Assembly (NCBI RefSeq): GCF_902652985.1
Contig: NC_047025.1
Coordinates: 40,920,001 to 40,984,000 of the forward strand
Reading direction: 5' to 3'
From: Pecten maximus
Lineage: Eukaryota
Length of the DNA: 64,000 nucleotides
Positions within the stretch are counted from its first letter, which is position 1. Every line of letters begins with the position of its first letter. The position numbers and the translations under genes were made by a program. Below are positions 10,550 through 24,115 of this stretch, one piece after another. The notes under the pieces were generated by a model. That model did not search any database, was not told where the DNA came from, and saw only the letters and a list, made by a program, of their open reading frames with translations.

Positions 10550-11807
10550 TATTGCATTTTTGCCAGTGAAATATACAGATTTATTGCAGTTTTGCCAGTG
10601 AAATATAGAAATTTATCAAACTAATAAAACTTATATTTTCACTGCAGCGATGATTTTGCAGTGAAAATATAAGATTTTTCAGTGAAAATATAAGTTTTGC
10701 AGTGAAAATATAAGATTTCCGTTTTTGAGCAATCAGAGCAGATCTTTGTATTCACCTCGTTGAAACTTGCATATGTTTTCAATCGAATTGGAGATAGATA
10801 AATTGGTTATTTTGCTGTATTTCTGAAATATTCTTACTAGTTTTTGACGAAATACTCACTTAACGTTAGCTATTCATGCACAGATTCTTCGATAACGGCA
10901 GAAAACGCTTAAATATTGCGCTGATCAGTCGTTTCAAAATGGCGACGTCAAGTTGACATGGAGTAACGTCACAAAGAGATGACGTCATTACTGATTCCCG
11001 CACTTTTTGACAAGTAATTTTTCGATGTTTTTAATTTTGTTTTGAAGTTGATGAAATACAATAAAAAGAAAATTGAATGTTTTCCCGTTAAATATAACAT
11101 ATATTTCACTCGTATGACAGAATATTTCTATATTTTTCACTCGTGCCTCGCACTCGTGAAAATATCGATATTCTGTCATACTCGTAAAATATATGTTATA
11201 GTAAACGGGAAACCATTCAATATCCTCTATTTATGAAACTAATAAAACTTATATTTTCACTGCAGCGATGAGCAGTGAAAATATAAGATTTTGCAGTGAA
11301 AATATAAGTTTTCCGTTTTTCACAAGTCAGAGCGGACCTTTGTATTCACCTCGTTGAAAATTTTTCCAATCGAAGCGGAGATAGATAAATTGGTTATTTT
11401 GCTGTTTTTTAGAAATATTCTGACTAGTTTTTGATTAAATGCTCACTTGACGTTAGCTATTCATGCACAGATTCTTCGATTACAGCGGAAAACGCTTAAA
11501 TTGCGTTGATAAGTCCTTTCAAAATAGCGCCGTCAAGTTGACGTGGAGTAACGTCACAAAGAGATGACGTCATTAATTCCTGCACTTTTTGACACTTTAC
11601 ATTTTAGATGTTTTTAATTTTGTTTTTAAGAAGACCAATATGAAATACAATAAAAAAAACAATTGAAGGGTTTCCCGTTTAGTATATCATATATTTCACT
11701 CGTATGACAGAATATTTCGATAGTTTTCACTCGTGAAAATATCAATATTCTGTCATACTCGTGAAATATATGCTATATTAAACGGGAAACCATTCAATAT
11801 CCTCTAT
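10550..11807. mobile_element. Family A hairpin-bearing non-autonomous element (Crypton-like), two tandem units
   Basis: Long terminal palindrome ending AATATCCTCTAT at about 11232 and 11807; further copies at 13709, 29398, 49078 and 53501. Confidence 0.7.
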
Positions 11808-11995
11808 GTATTTAATATATTAAAGAATTACGTCAATAGAGATATTTTATTGTATTTAATATATTACAGAAATACCACGTCAATAGAGATATTTTATTGT
11901 ATTTAATATATTACAGAAATACGTCAATAGAGATATTTTATTGTATTTAATATATTACAGAAATACGTCAATAGAGATATTTTTATTGTATTTAA
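11808..11995. repeat. About 40-bp AT-rich minisatellite (CGTCAATAGAGATATTTTATTGTATTTAATATATTACAGAAATA)
   Basis: About 4 copies; expanded counterpart at 52900-53500. Confidence 0.85.
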
Positions 11996-12073
11996 TTCTT
12001 TACAGATAAACCGTATCGACAGAAAATGGTAAACTGCATCAATAGGTAATTGTACAACAAGTAAACCGTTACC

Positions 12074-12191
12074 ATGGCGACTGTTAGAAAAACTTGTATA
12101 GGCCTTCTTCGCCCTAGTCGTCTCGGCAGACTCCTCGCCACATCAAATGCTGCCGTGTCATCATACCACCCCAAACTACAGACTGTGTCAG
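12074..12191 (+). CDS. CHDH: CHDH-like copy 2, coding exon 1 (presequence MATVRKTCIGLLRPSRLGRLL...)
   Basis: Near-identical to 3881-4001; ACCATGG; phase-1 donor G|GTGGGT. Confidence 0.85.
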
Positions 12192-13708
12192 GTGGGTTGT
12201 GTACTTTTGAGATGTTGTATAACTTGTATATTATTGGCATTTAATATACAAGTTAAGTATGTGGTTGGGGATATCAGCAAGTTAACACCTGTTTTCCCTC
12301 GACCAAGCCTTTTTCTTTCGCCTCAGAAAAGAGGGAAAACTAGATGTTAGCTATATGTGTGTCGTAGAAGGGCACGGCCCCGAAGCGGCAAGGGTTTGAC
12401 AGATGAGAAATTATGTTGATATTGTTCCCATTATGTATCTTTTCGTAGCAAATACGGAACCCATGGCTATCTAAGGTATTTCTAGACGTGATCAGATGGT
12501 TGTATGTGGTGCCGTGTTCTCGGGGCCTTTCACAACACTTGATAGATCGCCAAAATTACTTAACGAGCATGGTGGAATTTACATTGCTTTTAAACAGGGA
12601 TAATGCTTAAAATGTGTTTGAAAATGATAAAAAAAAACATTGCACATTTACTATCACAATTTTTGTGTTGCCCATGGGGTCCCGTCTGTCGGTGGCGCAT
12701 GAGGACGCGACTGTGTATAATGTATAAGCATGAACTTTGTTATATTCGCTGTACAGATGACTTAATCCAATCTCCTTTGTGAAGAAGAAACAACAGAGTA
12801 GCCAAGGTATAAATACCATATCTGTATGTAGACATACACATTGGAATCGTTATTGGCACTGCACGTCATGAAGCATGAGAGCATTCAACACCAACGCTGT
12901 CACTGTGGGGAATCCTTCACGCCAGAGTTCACCTCGAACAACATACCAAACGTAAACATGAGACCCATCCAATAGAAATATGTCAAAAATGCAGGAAAAC
13001 TTTGAAGTCCTCGTCGACGGTGTTTTATCATATAAAATTAAAACACGGCGGTGAAGGTTATTCATTATCACAATGTGAAACTTTTGTCGAGGATAACTAT
13101 CCACTTGTTAGACATACGAGAAGAAAACTATTAATTGCGATAAGTGTGCAAACAACATCAAAACCTTAGTTGGCCATTCAAGTTCCGAAAGGAAAACACG
13201 GAAATTCCAGTGTAACTTTTGCAACAGACTTTTTATTATAAACCGGTATCTAGTTAAACATATGGAAATGTAAAAAGACCATTCGGGATCAATACCGTTT
13301 GGATTGTGGCAAGATATATTCGTATTCATCGAGCCTAAATCACCACAAGAAGTCACGTGTTTAAAAAGACATTCATTGTGATATTTGATATTTGATCTGA
13401 ACTTTTCAGATATGTAATACCTATAATATTTCCATCCTTGTTGGAACAATATCATATGGTGTCGGGTACCATCATGCTTCCTGGCTTGTGCAAGCGACGA
13501 TTCCAATGTGTACTTTTTCGTTCAGATGGCATATGTACCATGATTTCCCTGCTGTTTCTTGTTTACAAGGATATTTGGTAGTAAATGTGCACATTAAGGG
13601 TTTCTCGTAAAACAATCGGCATTTTACGTGTTTTAAAACAATTTTTGATCATTCTCTAACATTTTCAAGCATTTAAGATACAGTATACATCTCTGGGTTC
13701 CGTAATAT

Positions 13709-14754
13709 ATAGAGGATATTGAATGGTTTCCCGTTTAATATAACATATATTTCACGAGTATGACAGAATATCGATATCACGAGTGAAAAATATCGAAATA
13801 TTCTGTCATACGAGTGAAATATATGTTATACTAAACGGGAAACCCTTCAATTGTTTTTTTTATTGCATTTAAGCATTGATGTCAATTTTTTTTTAGTTTC
13901 ATCGGGTTTTAAATTAGAAAATCATTTTCAAAAATTTATTATAAGCGTTGATGTCAATTATTTTTTAGTTTCATCGGGGTATGAAACAAATTTTGTTTGC
14001 AAACTGTATGAATCCGCGTAGCGGATTCTTACAGAAGTGTGCAAACAAAATTTGTTTGCAAACTGTATGAATCCGCGTAGCGGATTCTTACAGAAGTGTG
14101 CAAACAAAATTTGTTTCATACCCCGATGAAACTAAAAAATAATTGACATCAACGCTTATAATAAATTTTTGAAAATGATTTCCTAATTTAAAACATGTTT
14201 TATGTACAATTTTACTGGTTTTAAATGGGATTCTTTTTCTCAAATCAATACGCAACGTCAATTGTCGTATTGTGACGTCACATTCTCGGAATTTCTTTCA
14301 TAGAAGAATGAAAAGAGTTTTTTCGACCAATCACATTTGAGTATTTACCATGAAAACAAAGAAAAAATAATTATTTCATATTGATCTTCTTAAAAACAAA
14401 ATTAAAAACATCTAAAATTTATAGTTTCAAAAAGTGCGGGAATTCATGACGTCATCTCTTTGTGACGTTACTCCACGTCAATTTGACGGCGCTATTTTGA
14501 AAGGACTTATCAACGCAATTTAAGCGTTTTCCGCTGTTATCGGAGAAACTGTGCATGAATAGCTAAAGTCCAGCTAGTATTTTGTCTAAAACAAATCTGA
14601 ATATTTCAGAAATACAGCAAAATAACCAATTTATCTATCTCCGCTTCGACTGGAAAAATCAGTAAGTTTCAATGAGGTGAATACAAAGGTTAGCTCTGAC
14701 ACGGAAAACTATATACATGTATAACTATATTTCACTGGCAAAAATGCAATAAAA
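13709..14754. mobile_element. Family A element (opposite orientation), interrupted by family B
   Basis: Starts ATAGAGGATATTGAATGG, ends GCAATAAAA; uninterrupted counterpart at 49078-49613. Confidence 0.75.
13871..14374. mobile_element. Family B palindromic non-autonomous element nested in family A
   Basis: Long inverted repeat with apex GAATCCGCGTAGCGGATTC (duplicated); absent at the homologous site near 49450. Confidence 0.75.
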
Positions 14755-15269
14755 GTATTTGCTACGAATGATACCTTATGGGAACAATTTCAATATGATT
14801 TCTCACATCCGTGCCGCTTCGGAGACGCGTGCCCTACTACAACGCATAGCCGTGCTCCTAAATGTGGCGGTATACACGGTGTTCTTGGTGATGTATGGTT
14901 TTCTTGTTCAAAGAAATTTATTTTGTAACCTATACCAATTTTTATTTAAAAAAAATAATCTTAATACCTGATAATATATTTATCACGACGTCCATCTTTA
15001 TTTGAAGGCGTTCCTGTAAAGGTAAAGGTTTTATATAATAAACATTAACAATAATGTTATTATATATGTAGGCTATCAAATTATGAATATAGTTACAATA
15101 GGACGAGAACTGTAAATAATCTATAATATAAATAGTGTTTATAGAAAAGGAACGTGATATATTTTTCTCTCTTTTTTTATATCTACATATTCTGACGTTA
15201 TTTGCAAATTATTTACATTAAATGGTTCCCATTTACTAGTAACACAATATTTTGTTTCGGTGTTATCAG

Positions 15270-17182
15270 GTGTGGGGTCTACGGATGATCTGAAGTGTGA
15301 CACAGACTTGGTTGTACCCACAGTAGACCATGTGCTTGACCATATCTTGGAGAATCTACCAGCCAGTCCCATCAAACAGCAGGTACCCCCAGATGCAATT
15401 CTTGCCACAAGGAAGTCAGGGGGAGTGAATGTCCAATGTAGGTTGTTCAGCACCACCTGTCATGTGAGGCCAACTTTTTCCAGTAGTATACAGGTGAGAA
15501 ATGCCTCCACGGTATCAGGAGGTGGATCCACATACGACTACGTCATCATTGGTGCTGGCTCGGCTGGCTGTACTCTTACCAATCGGCTGTCAACTGACCC
15601 TAACAACAAGGTGTGTGTTGTGGAGGCTGGTCCAAAAGACTACACCTGGAAGATCCACATGCCTGCTGCGCTCATGTACAATCTGTGTGATGATAAGTAC
15701 AACTGGTACTACCATACCGAACCAGAACCACACATGAACAACCGTGTCATGTACTGGCCACGAGGACGTGTCTGGGGAGGATCGTCCTCACTCAATGCCA
15801 TGGTGTACGTGCGTGGCAATGCCGGTGATTATGACGGATGGGAAAAGGCTGGAGCGAAAGGATGGTCTTATGCAGATTGCTTGCCATATTTTAAAAAATC
15901 ACAAACCCACGAACTTGGAGAAAACGACTACAGAGGTGGTGATGGTCCACTTCATGTGTCGCGTGGGAGGAGCAACAACCCTCTGCATCAGGCCTTTATA
16001 GAGGCAGGTCAGCAGGCCGGCTTCCCTTTTACGGACGACATGAACGGCTACCAACAGGAGGGCGTGGGGTGGATGGACATGACCATTCACAAAGGTCGAC
16101 GCTGGAGTGCTGCCATGGCCAGCCTCAGGCCCGCACTAAAACGTGACAATGTGACAGTGGAATCTAACGCACTGTCTACCAGGATTGTGTTTGAGAACAA
16201 GAGAGCTGTTGGTGTAGAGTATGAACAGAAGGGTGTTAAAAAGATTGTACGAGCAGAGAAGGATGTGATTCTGAGTGGAGGATCAATCAACTCTCCTCAG
16301 CTCCTCATGTTGTCGGGTGTGGGCAATGCAGATGAACTTAAGGCGCTGGACATCCCTGTGGTTCAACACTTGCCTGGTGTTGGGGAGAACCTCCAAGACC
16401 ACCTTGATGTTACTGTACAAGAAGCATGCAAGCTTCCCATCACCCTCTATTCTGCTCAGTGGAAGTTCCCTCATAATATGATCCGCATAGGGCTGCAGTG
16501 GTTCCTCACTCAGAAAGGTGATGGAGCTACCACACATTTTGAGAGTGGAGGGTTTGTTCCAAGTGAAGAGAACCTCGAGTACCCTGACATCCAGTTCCAT
16601 TTTGTACCTGTAGCTACGAATGATCATGGGCGCAAAACTGGGAATGAACACGCTTACCAAATCCACGCTGGACCTATGCGTGCGACAAGTAGGGGCTATA
16701 TCAAATTGAAATCCCGGAATCCTAGAGACCACCCAAAGATCGTAGCCAACTATTTGTCCACAGAATATGATGTGAGGACAATGAGAGACTGTATCAAAGT
16801 TGCTAGGGAAGTGTTCAAACAAAAGGCGTTTGATTCTTTCCGTGCTGGTCGGGAACTATCGCCTGGACCTGAATGTCAAACAGATGCCGATATCGATGCC
16901 TTCAATCGTGCTAACGCAGACACCGACTATCACCCATCATGTACATGTAAAATGGGATCGGAGAGTGACCCAATGGCTGTGGTGGATTCTCAAACTCGTG
17001 TTCTAGGTGTCGATAACCTCAGAATTGTTGATGCCTCTATCATGCCAAATATCATTACTGGGAATCTTAATGGCCCTACAATCATGCTGGCTGAGAAGGC
17101 TGCTGATATCATCCTAGGCAACGAACCACTGCCTCCGTCTACGGCTCCTGTGTACAAAAACTATGTACAGGACGGTAAATGA
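15270..17182 (+). CDS. CHDH: CHDH-like copy 2, exon 2 (HAD-less; 676 aa spliced protein)
   Basis: Intact GMC ORF 15260-17182; TTATCAG|GT acceptor joins exon 1 in frame. Confidence 0.92.
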
Positions 17183-17892
17183 GTCTATTCGATCTGCTGA
17201 TCCGAGAGACAAACAAACAACAGTATCCGTGGATGAACATTAAGCCTATTAAACGAAAATGTTTCTGTGATTTTCGGTGTGTTGGTGATCCATCAATCAA
17301 ACCAATTCTATAATTCCTCAAAAACGGATTAAATGCATTAACCATGAAGTAATGTACTATGTGGCCTGTATATGTTGGGATAAGGAAATTCAATATCATC
17401 AGATGTTATTCCATACAGTTTGTATGTTAAATTTTATTCAATTAGGATATAAATGCCTTTTCTGTCTTTTTGCTTTAAATAACGTTTTACCTATTTTAAA
17501 AGGTTAGAGTATTCTCTTCATAAAACAAAATTAATACTAATCTAATGGAGCTGCCTCTTTGTTAAGCATTGAGATTGTAATATGTAATGTGTTATATTAT
17601 GTCCATGTTTGTACCATTGTGTATGTTTCTGTTTTGGGAGAGGACTTATATAGGCTTTGCCTGCTGTCCAATCCGATTGTCCTTGTGTCAATAAAATGTT
17701 TTGATATGAAATGAAACCATGAAGTAACATTGAAAAATCGTTCTTGAATAATAAGTTGCTAATTGGAAGAGTTACAAGGAAGTATTGTTTAATGTGAACA
17801 ATCCTTCCACTGTTCTACTACTTCTACTGGTGGCTATAATGAGATAGGTATGATGAGGTATAATATGTACCAATGGGCATATGGCCACAATA

Positions 17893-18303
17893 AATTAAGC
17901 ATTGAACTGCTTTCAGTTGGAAGTTATGGGCTGATGAATGCCAACTGGACAAAGGCAAATTTAATGAATCGCGCTAGCGCTTCATGTTGAATTTGCCTTT
18001 GTCCAGTTGGCATTCATCAGACCATAACTTCCAACTAAAAGCAGTTCAATGCTTATATTTACATTTGACAACGATTTTTAAATACTATATCCAGGAATTT
18101 TGCTCCGACGATGAATGAACAAATTATTATCGTCAAAGACGGAACAGCCTTTTCAACAGCCATCTTTCGTTATCGCCGACGTGACAATTATGACGTCACT
18201 ATATTAATGACGTCATAATGAAGATTTGGAAGTTATGGACTCATAACTTCCAAGTGAGCTTGGTAAAGTTATATAGTGGGGCTGCAGTGTAAATGTAAAT
18301 ATT
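17893..18303. mobile_element. Family C hairpin-bearing non-autonomous element
   Basis: About 75-bp-arm palindrome TAAGCATTGAACTG...CAGTTCAATGCTTA with GCGCTAGCGC apex; mirror copy at 45537-45946. Confidence 0.7.
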
Positions 18304-18484
18304 AAAAAATAAATTACAATTGAAGTATGTCGACACGGCAGTGTTACCAATTATGAAAACGTCAGTATCATTTTTCCTGTTTTGTTCAATGCAGTATTTT
18401 TTTTCAAACAACAAAATAAACGTTCTAGTATCAAATGTCAGCAGCCTATCTATGATAATTGTTCTCGTACAGAAGACCGGTCAT

Positions 18485-19245
18485 ATCAGCTTAGTACCCT
18501 AAACTGGGTATCTACCTTTTTAGTACCGGTCACATCAACTTAGTACCCTAAACTGGGTATCTACACTTTAGTACCGGACATCAACTTAGTACCCTAATCT
18601 GGGTATCTACCTTTTTAGTACCGGTCACATCAACTTAGTACCCTAAACTGGGTATCTACACTTTAGTACCGGACATCAACTTAGTGCTCTAAACTGGGTA
18701 TCTACCTTTTTAGTACCCTAAACTGAGTATCTACCTTTTTAGTACCGGACACATCAATTTAGTACCCTAAACTGGGTATCTACCTTTTTAGTACCGGACA
18801 CATCAATTTAGTACCCTAAACTGGGTACCTACCTTTTTAGTACCGGACTTCATCTTAATACCCTAAACTGGGTATCTACCTTTCTAGTACGGACATCAAC
18901 TTAGTACCCTAAACTGGTTATCTACCTTTTTAGTACCGGAAGCATCAATTTAGTTACCTAAACTGGGTATCTACCTTTTTAGTACCGGACTTCAACTTAA
19001 TACCCTAAACTGGGTATCTACCTTTCTAGTACGGACATCAACTTAGTACCCTAAACTGGTTATCTACCTTTTTAGTACCGGAAGCATCAATTTAGTTACC
19101 TAAACTGGGTATCTACCTTTTTAGTACCGGAAGCATCAATTTAGTTACCTAAACTGGGTATCTACCTTTTTAGTACCGGAAGCATCAATTTAGTTACCTA
19201 AACTGGGTATCTACACTTTAGTACCGGACTTCAACTTAATACTCC
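18485..19245. repeat. About 49-bp minisatellite (TTAGTACCCTAAACTGGGTATCTACCTTTTTAGTACCGGACACATCAAC)
   Basis: About 15 copies. Confidence 0.95.
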
Positions 19246-19289
19246 TTTTTAATTACGGACACATCACCGAAATCGTTCGTGGAAAAGAA

Positions 19290-20625
19290 AGGAAATTGGT
19301 GTATCGTACTTGTTTCTTAGAAGAAGACATAGCTCGAAGCTTGTTTTCCAATAACAATGAAAGTAATTATTTACACTATGGAGTGAGACCATTTAAAATA
19401 TTGTTTAAACGAAGAGGAGGAAGAAAACGAATTGCTACACTCTTGTTAACGGGAATGGTGACAGCTGTGCAGTATTGAATTTCGTAGCTCTATTAATTCC
19501 GCAGGTTCACCTCAATTTAATTTTGAAACATATTCATGTTTGTACATATGGAAATGAAAATGACTTTCGTACATCGCAACCAGTTATGAATTTGATTAGT
19601 GAAGGTCCAATGACTTTACTCAAACGCTACACTGATCATTCTCCGAAACGTCACGGACGAAATCCATTACCGGTTGTGATATATACGAACGGCTATCAGA
19701 TACAACTATTGTTTTTGGAAAGCTTTCAGTGTCCAAAAGTATACTCATCACACACTTCTAATTTGGTTTATACAAATGTACATTCATTAGAAGTCTAAAA
19801 GTGATGTTATAGCAAAATCATGTATTTTTTTCGCATTTTACCATTTTGTGGGCTTATGGGTTTTTTGGCACCAACACCCAGTTTAAAGTTTTTGGGGGTA
19901 AGTTTTGGAAAGCTTTTATACATCCATTAAAGGTCTAGGAGAGATATTGTGACGTACAATTTCAAAATGACATGCTTATACATACATAACAAACGAATGC
20001 ATAGTGCGACTGCTGCCGCCAGTGAGCTTTCGCAATCATTGATTGCACTTTTAAGTACCGAACACATCAGCTTAGTACCCTTACCTGTAATGCTACCAAA
20101 ATAGTACCGGACACATCAGCGAAATGTCTGTGGGTCATCTAGATTTAAATGCACGGAAGCGATAGGTTTATGTAAAAAATAGAGACGGTGCTAGTTCCAG
20201 TGAGGATAAAAAAAAATTGGCGTACCGTACTTGTTTCTAAGAAGAAGACATAGCTCGAAGCTTGTTTTCCAATAACAATGAAAGTAATTCTTTACACGCA
20301 TGGAGTGAGACCATTTAAAATATTGTTTAAACGAAGAGGAGGAAGAAAACGTATTGTTTCACACCCTAGTTAACGAGAATGGTGACGGCTGCAGTGTTGA
20401 GTTTCGTAGCTGTATTAATTCCGCAGGTTCACCTCAATTTACTTTTGAAACATATTCATGTTTGTAGATATGGAAATGAAAATGACTTTCGTACATCGCA
20501 ACCAGTTATGAATTTAATTAGTGAAGGTCCAATGACTTTACTCAAACGATACACTGATCATTTGTCTGATGAAGGTGACGTGTGAATTCTCCGAAACGTC
20601 ACAGACGAAATCCATTACCGGTTAG
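19290..20625. repeat. Local direct duplication of about 390 bp (19290-19680 and 20215-20625)
   Basis: Shared GAAGAAGACATAGCTCGAAGC...CCATTACCGGTT; one copy in the right arm (about 40275-40650). Confidence 0.85.
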
Positions 20626-21154
20626 GAATGTACGACGCTTTACATGTATATCGGTAAGATCTTGTTAGGAATGTAAAGTATCATGGGATCTATATGATGC
20701 AATTTCATTAGTACAGATGAATTCTCGTGTATACATATACATGTTGTTCTTTTGTGGGGTTTTCTATGCTACGACCGGCTATCAGCTACGACTATGGTCT
20801 AGTGTTGTGTTTCACTGGATACAGTGTGGATTGTGTTACTGTTGTAATCCCTGGTACAGTATTACCCACCATACTATTGCTTATAACAGGTCTGGAGTCG
20901 TGTAAGTGAGCGTATAATCATTGTAAGTAATGAGGCAGCATTGTTTGTCAGCCATTCGCAAGGATAACTAGGTCAGAGTTTTAACAGGTAAAATGTAATA
21001 TAACCCAGGTAAGTATCACGCGATCATCCCAATTATCATATGAAGTAATTGATAGAAATTTGTATATATACGAGTGGTGTATTCCCCGTGTCCAATGGCG
21101 GCGGCTCACAGGAAGGAATTCTTCATACCGTACAGTTCGATATATAACATTGTC

Positions 21155-23725
21155 AGTATGACAATTATATTCCTGTAACTTTATCATTGTGATAATTACA
21201 CTTTCTGTAACTTTATCATTGTGATAATTACACTTTCTGTAACTTTATCATTGTGATAATTACACTTTCTGTAACTTTTGTAAGTATTATGATAATTCTT
21301 CCTCAAATTTTGTCAGAATGATAATTGCACTTCCTGTAATTCTGTCAGTATGATAATTATACTTCCTGTCATTTGATAAGTATGATAATTATACTTTCTG
21401 TAATTCTGTCAGTATGATAATTATACTTCCTGTCATTTGATAAGTATGATAATTATACTTCCTGTAATAATGTCAGTATGATATTTATACTTTCTGTAAT
21501 TCTGTCAGTATGATAATTATACTTCCTGTCATTTGATAAGCATGATAATTATACTTTCTGTAATTCTGTCAGTATGATAATTATACTTCCTGTCATTTGA
21601 TAAGCATGATAATTATACTTCCTGTAATTCTGTCAGTATGATAATTGCACTTCCTGTAATTCTGTCAGTATGATAATTGCACTTCCTGTAATTCTGTCAG
21701 TATGATAATTATACTTCCTGTAATTCTGTCAGTATGATAATTGCACTTCCTGTAATTCTGTCAGTATGATCATTATACTCCTGTAATTCTGTCAGTATGA
21801 TAATTATACTTCCTGTAATTCTGTCAGTATGATCATTATACTCCTGTAATTCTGTCAGTATGATAAATATACTTCCTGTAATTCTGTCAGTATGATAATT
21901 ATACTTTCTGTAAATCTGTCAGTATGATAATTATACTTCCTGTAATTCTATCAGTATGATAATTATATTTTCTGTAATTATGTCAGTATGATAATTATAC
22001 TTCCTGTAATAATGTCAGTATGATAATTATACTTTCTGTAATTCTGTCAGTATGATAATTATACTTTCTGTTATTCTATCAGTATGATAATGATACTTCC
22101 TGTAACTTTGTCAGTATGATAATTATACTTCCTGTAATTCTGTCAGTATGATAATTATACTTCCTGTAATTCTGTCAGTATGATCATTATACTCCTGTAA
22201 CTTTGTCAGTATGATAATTATACTTCCTGTAATTCTATCAGTATGATAATTATACTTCCTGTAATTCTATCAGTATGATAATTATACTTCCTGTAATTCT
22301 GTCAGTATGATAATTATACTTCCTGTAATTCTGTCAGTATGATAATTATACTTCCTGTAATTCTGTCAGTATGATAATTATACTTTCTGTAATTCTGTCA
22401 GTATGATAATTATACTTCCTGTAATAATGTCAGTATGATAATTATACTTTCTGTAATTCTGTCAGTATGATTATTATACTTCCTGTCATTTGATAAGTAT
22501 GATAATTATACTTCCTGTAATTCTGTCAGTATGCTAATTATACTTCCTGTAATAATGTCAGTATGATCATTATACTTCCTGTAAATATGTCAGTATGACA
22601 ATTATACTTCCTGTAACTTTGTCAGTATGATAATTATACTTCCTGTAATTCTATCAGTATGATAATTATATTTTCTGTAATATTCTGTCATTATGATAAT
22701 TATACTTTCTGTTATTCTATCAGTATGATAATTATATTTTCTGTAATTCTGTCAGTATGATAATTATACTTCCTGTAATTCTATCAGTATGATAATTATA
22801 TTTTCTGTAATTCTGTCAGTATGATAATTATACTTCCTGTAATAATGTCAGTATGATAATTATACTCCTGTAATTTTGTCAGTATGATAATTATATTTCC
22901 TGTAATTCTGTCAGTATGATAATTATACTTCCTGTAATTCTGTCAGTATGATCATTATACTCCTGTAACTTTGTCAGTATGATAATTATACTTCCTGTCA
23001 TTTGATAAGTATGATAATTATACTTCCTGTAATTATTTCAGTATGATAATTAAACTTCCTGTAATTCTGTCAGTATGATAATTATACTTCCTGTAATTTT
23101 GTCAGCATGATAATTATGCTTCCTGTAATTTGGTCAGTATGATCATTATACTCCTGTAACTTTGTCAGTATGATAATTATATTTCCTGTAATTCTGTCAG
23201 TATGATAATTATACATCTTGTGATTTTGTCAGTATGATAATTATATTTCCTGTAATTTTGTCAGTATGATAATTATACTTCCTGTAATTCTGTCAGTATG
23301 ATAATTCTACTCCTGTATCTTTGTCAGTATGATAATTATACCTCCTGTAATTTTGTCAGTATGATAATTATATTTCCTGTAATTCTGTCAGTATGATAAT
23401 TCTACTCCTGTAATTATGTCAGTATGATAATTATAATTCCTGTAATTCTGTCAGTATGATAATTATACTTCCTGTAATTCTGTCAGTATGATAATTATAC
23501 TTCCTGTAATTCTGTCAGTATGATAATTATACTTCCTGTAATTCTGTCAGTATGATAATTATACTTCCTGTAATTCTGTCTGTATGGTATTTATACTTCC
23601 TGTAATTCTGTCAGTATGATATTTATACTTCCTGTAATTCTGTCAGTATGATAATTATACTTCCTGTAATTCTGTCAGTATGATAACTATACTTCCTGTC
23701 ATTCTGTCAGTATGAAAATTATATA
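21155..23725. repeat. 32-bp minisatellite (CAGTATGATAATTATACTTCCTGTAATTCTGT), about 80 copies
   Basis: Continuous array with period 32. Confidence 0.97.
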
Positions 23726-24115
23726 TCCTTCGATGTGGTATGAAAACGTCCCTGTAAATCTGTCAACTGTGACGTGAGATTTTTGTAAACTTTACATTGG
23801 TCGTGTGAGATTTTGTAATTGGGTTCATGAACCTATGAACGTGTGCCTTTTCTGTAAATAACCTGGCAGGACAATCATGTCCCTATACAATGTGATATAT
23901 AATTTACAGTATTCGTCTTTAGTTTTAGTAGTTTACCAAATGTGTATAATAATTTAGGTAAGGAATATCCTCTAAGCATGGCAATAGCTTACCGATGGAG
24001 GTTGCCACATGGAAAAAGTATTGCTATTGACCCAGTAACGAGTCAGTTAAATGTACTTTTGTTTAATTACAGATATACGACACCAACAGAGTTGTCCTAA
24101 AGGTAGACTGTCACC

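Larger units (their letters stand above)
12355..14850. mobile_element. Degenerate element with about 110-bp terminal inverted repeats, carrying nested insertions, in the copy 2 intron
   Basis: 12360-12465 is the reverse complement of 13695-13704 plus 14756-14850; the right TIR is split by a family A insertion. Confidence 0.55.
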
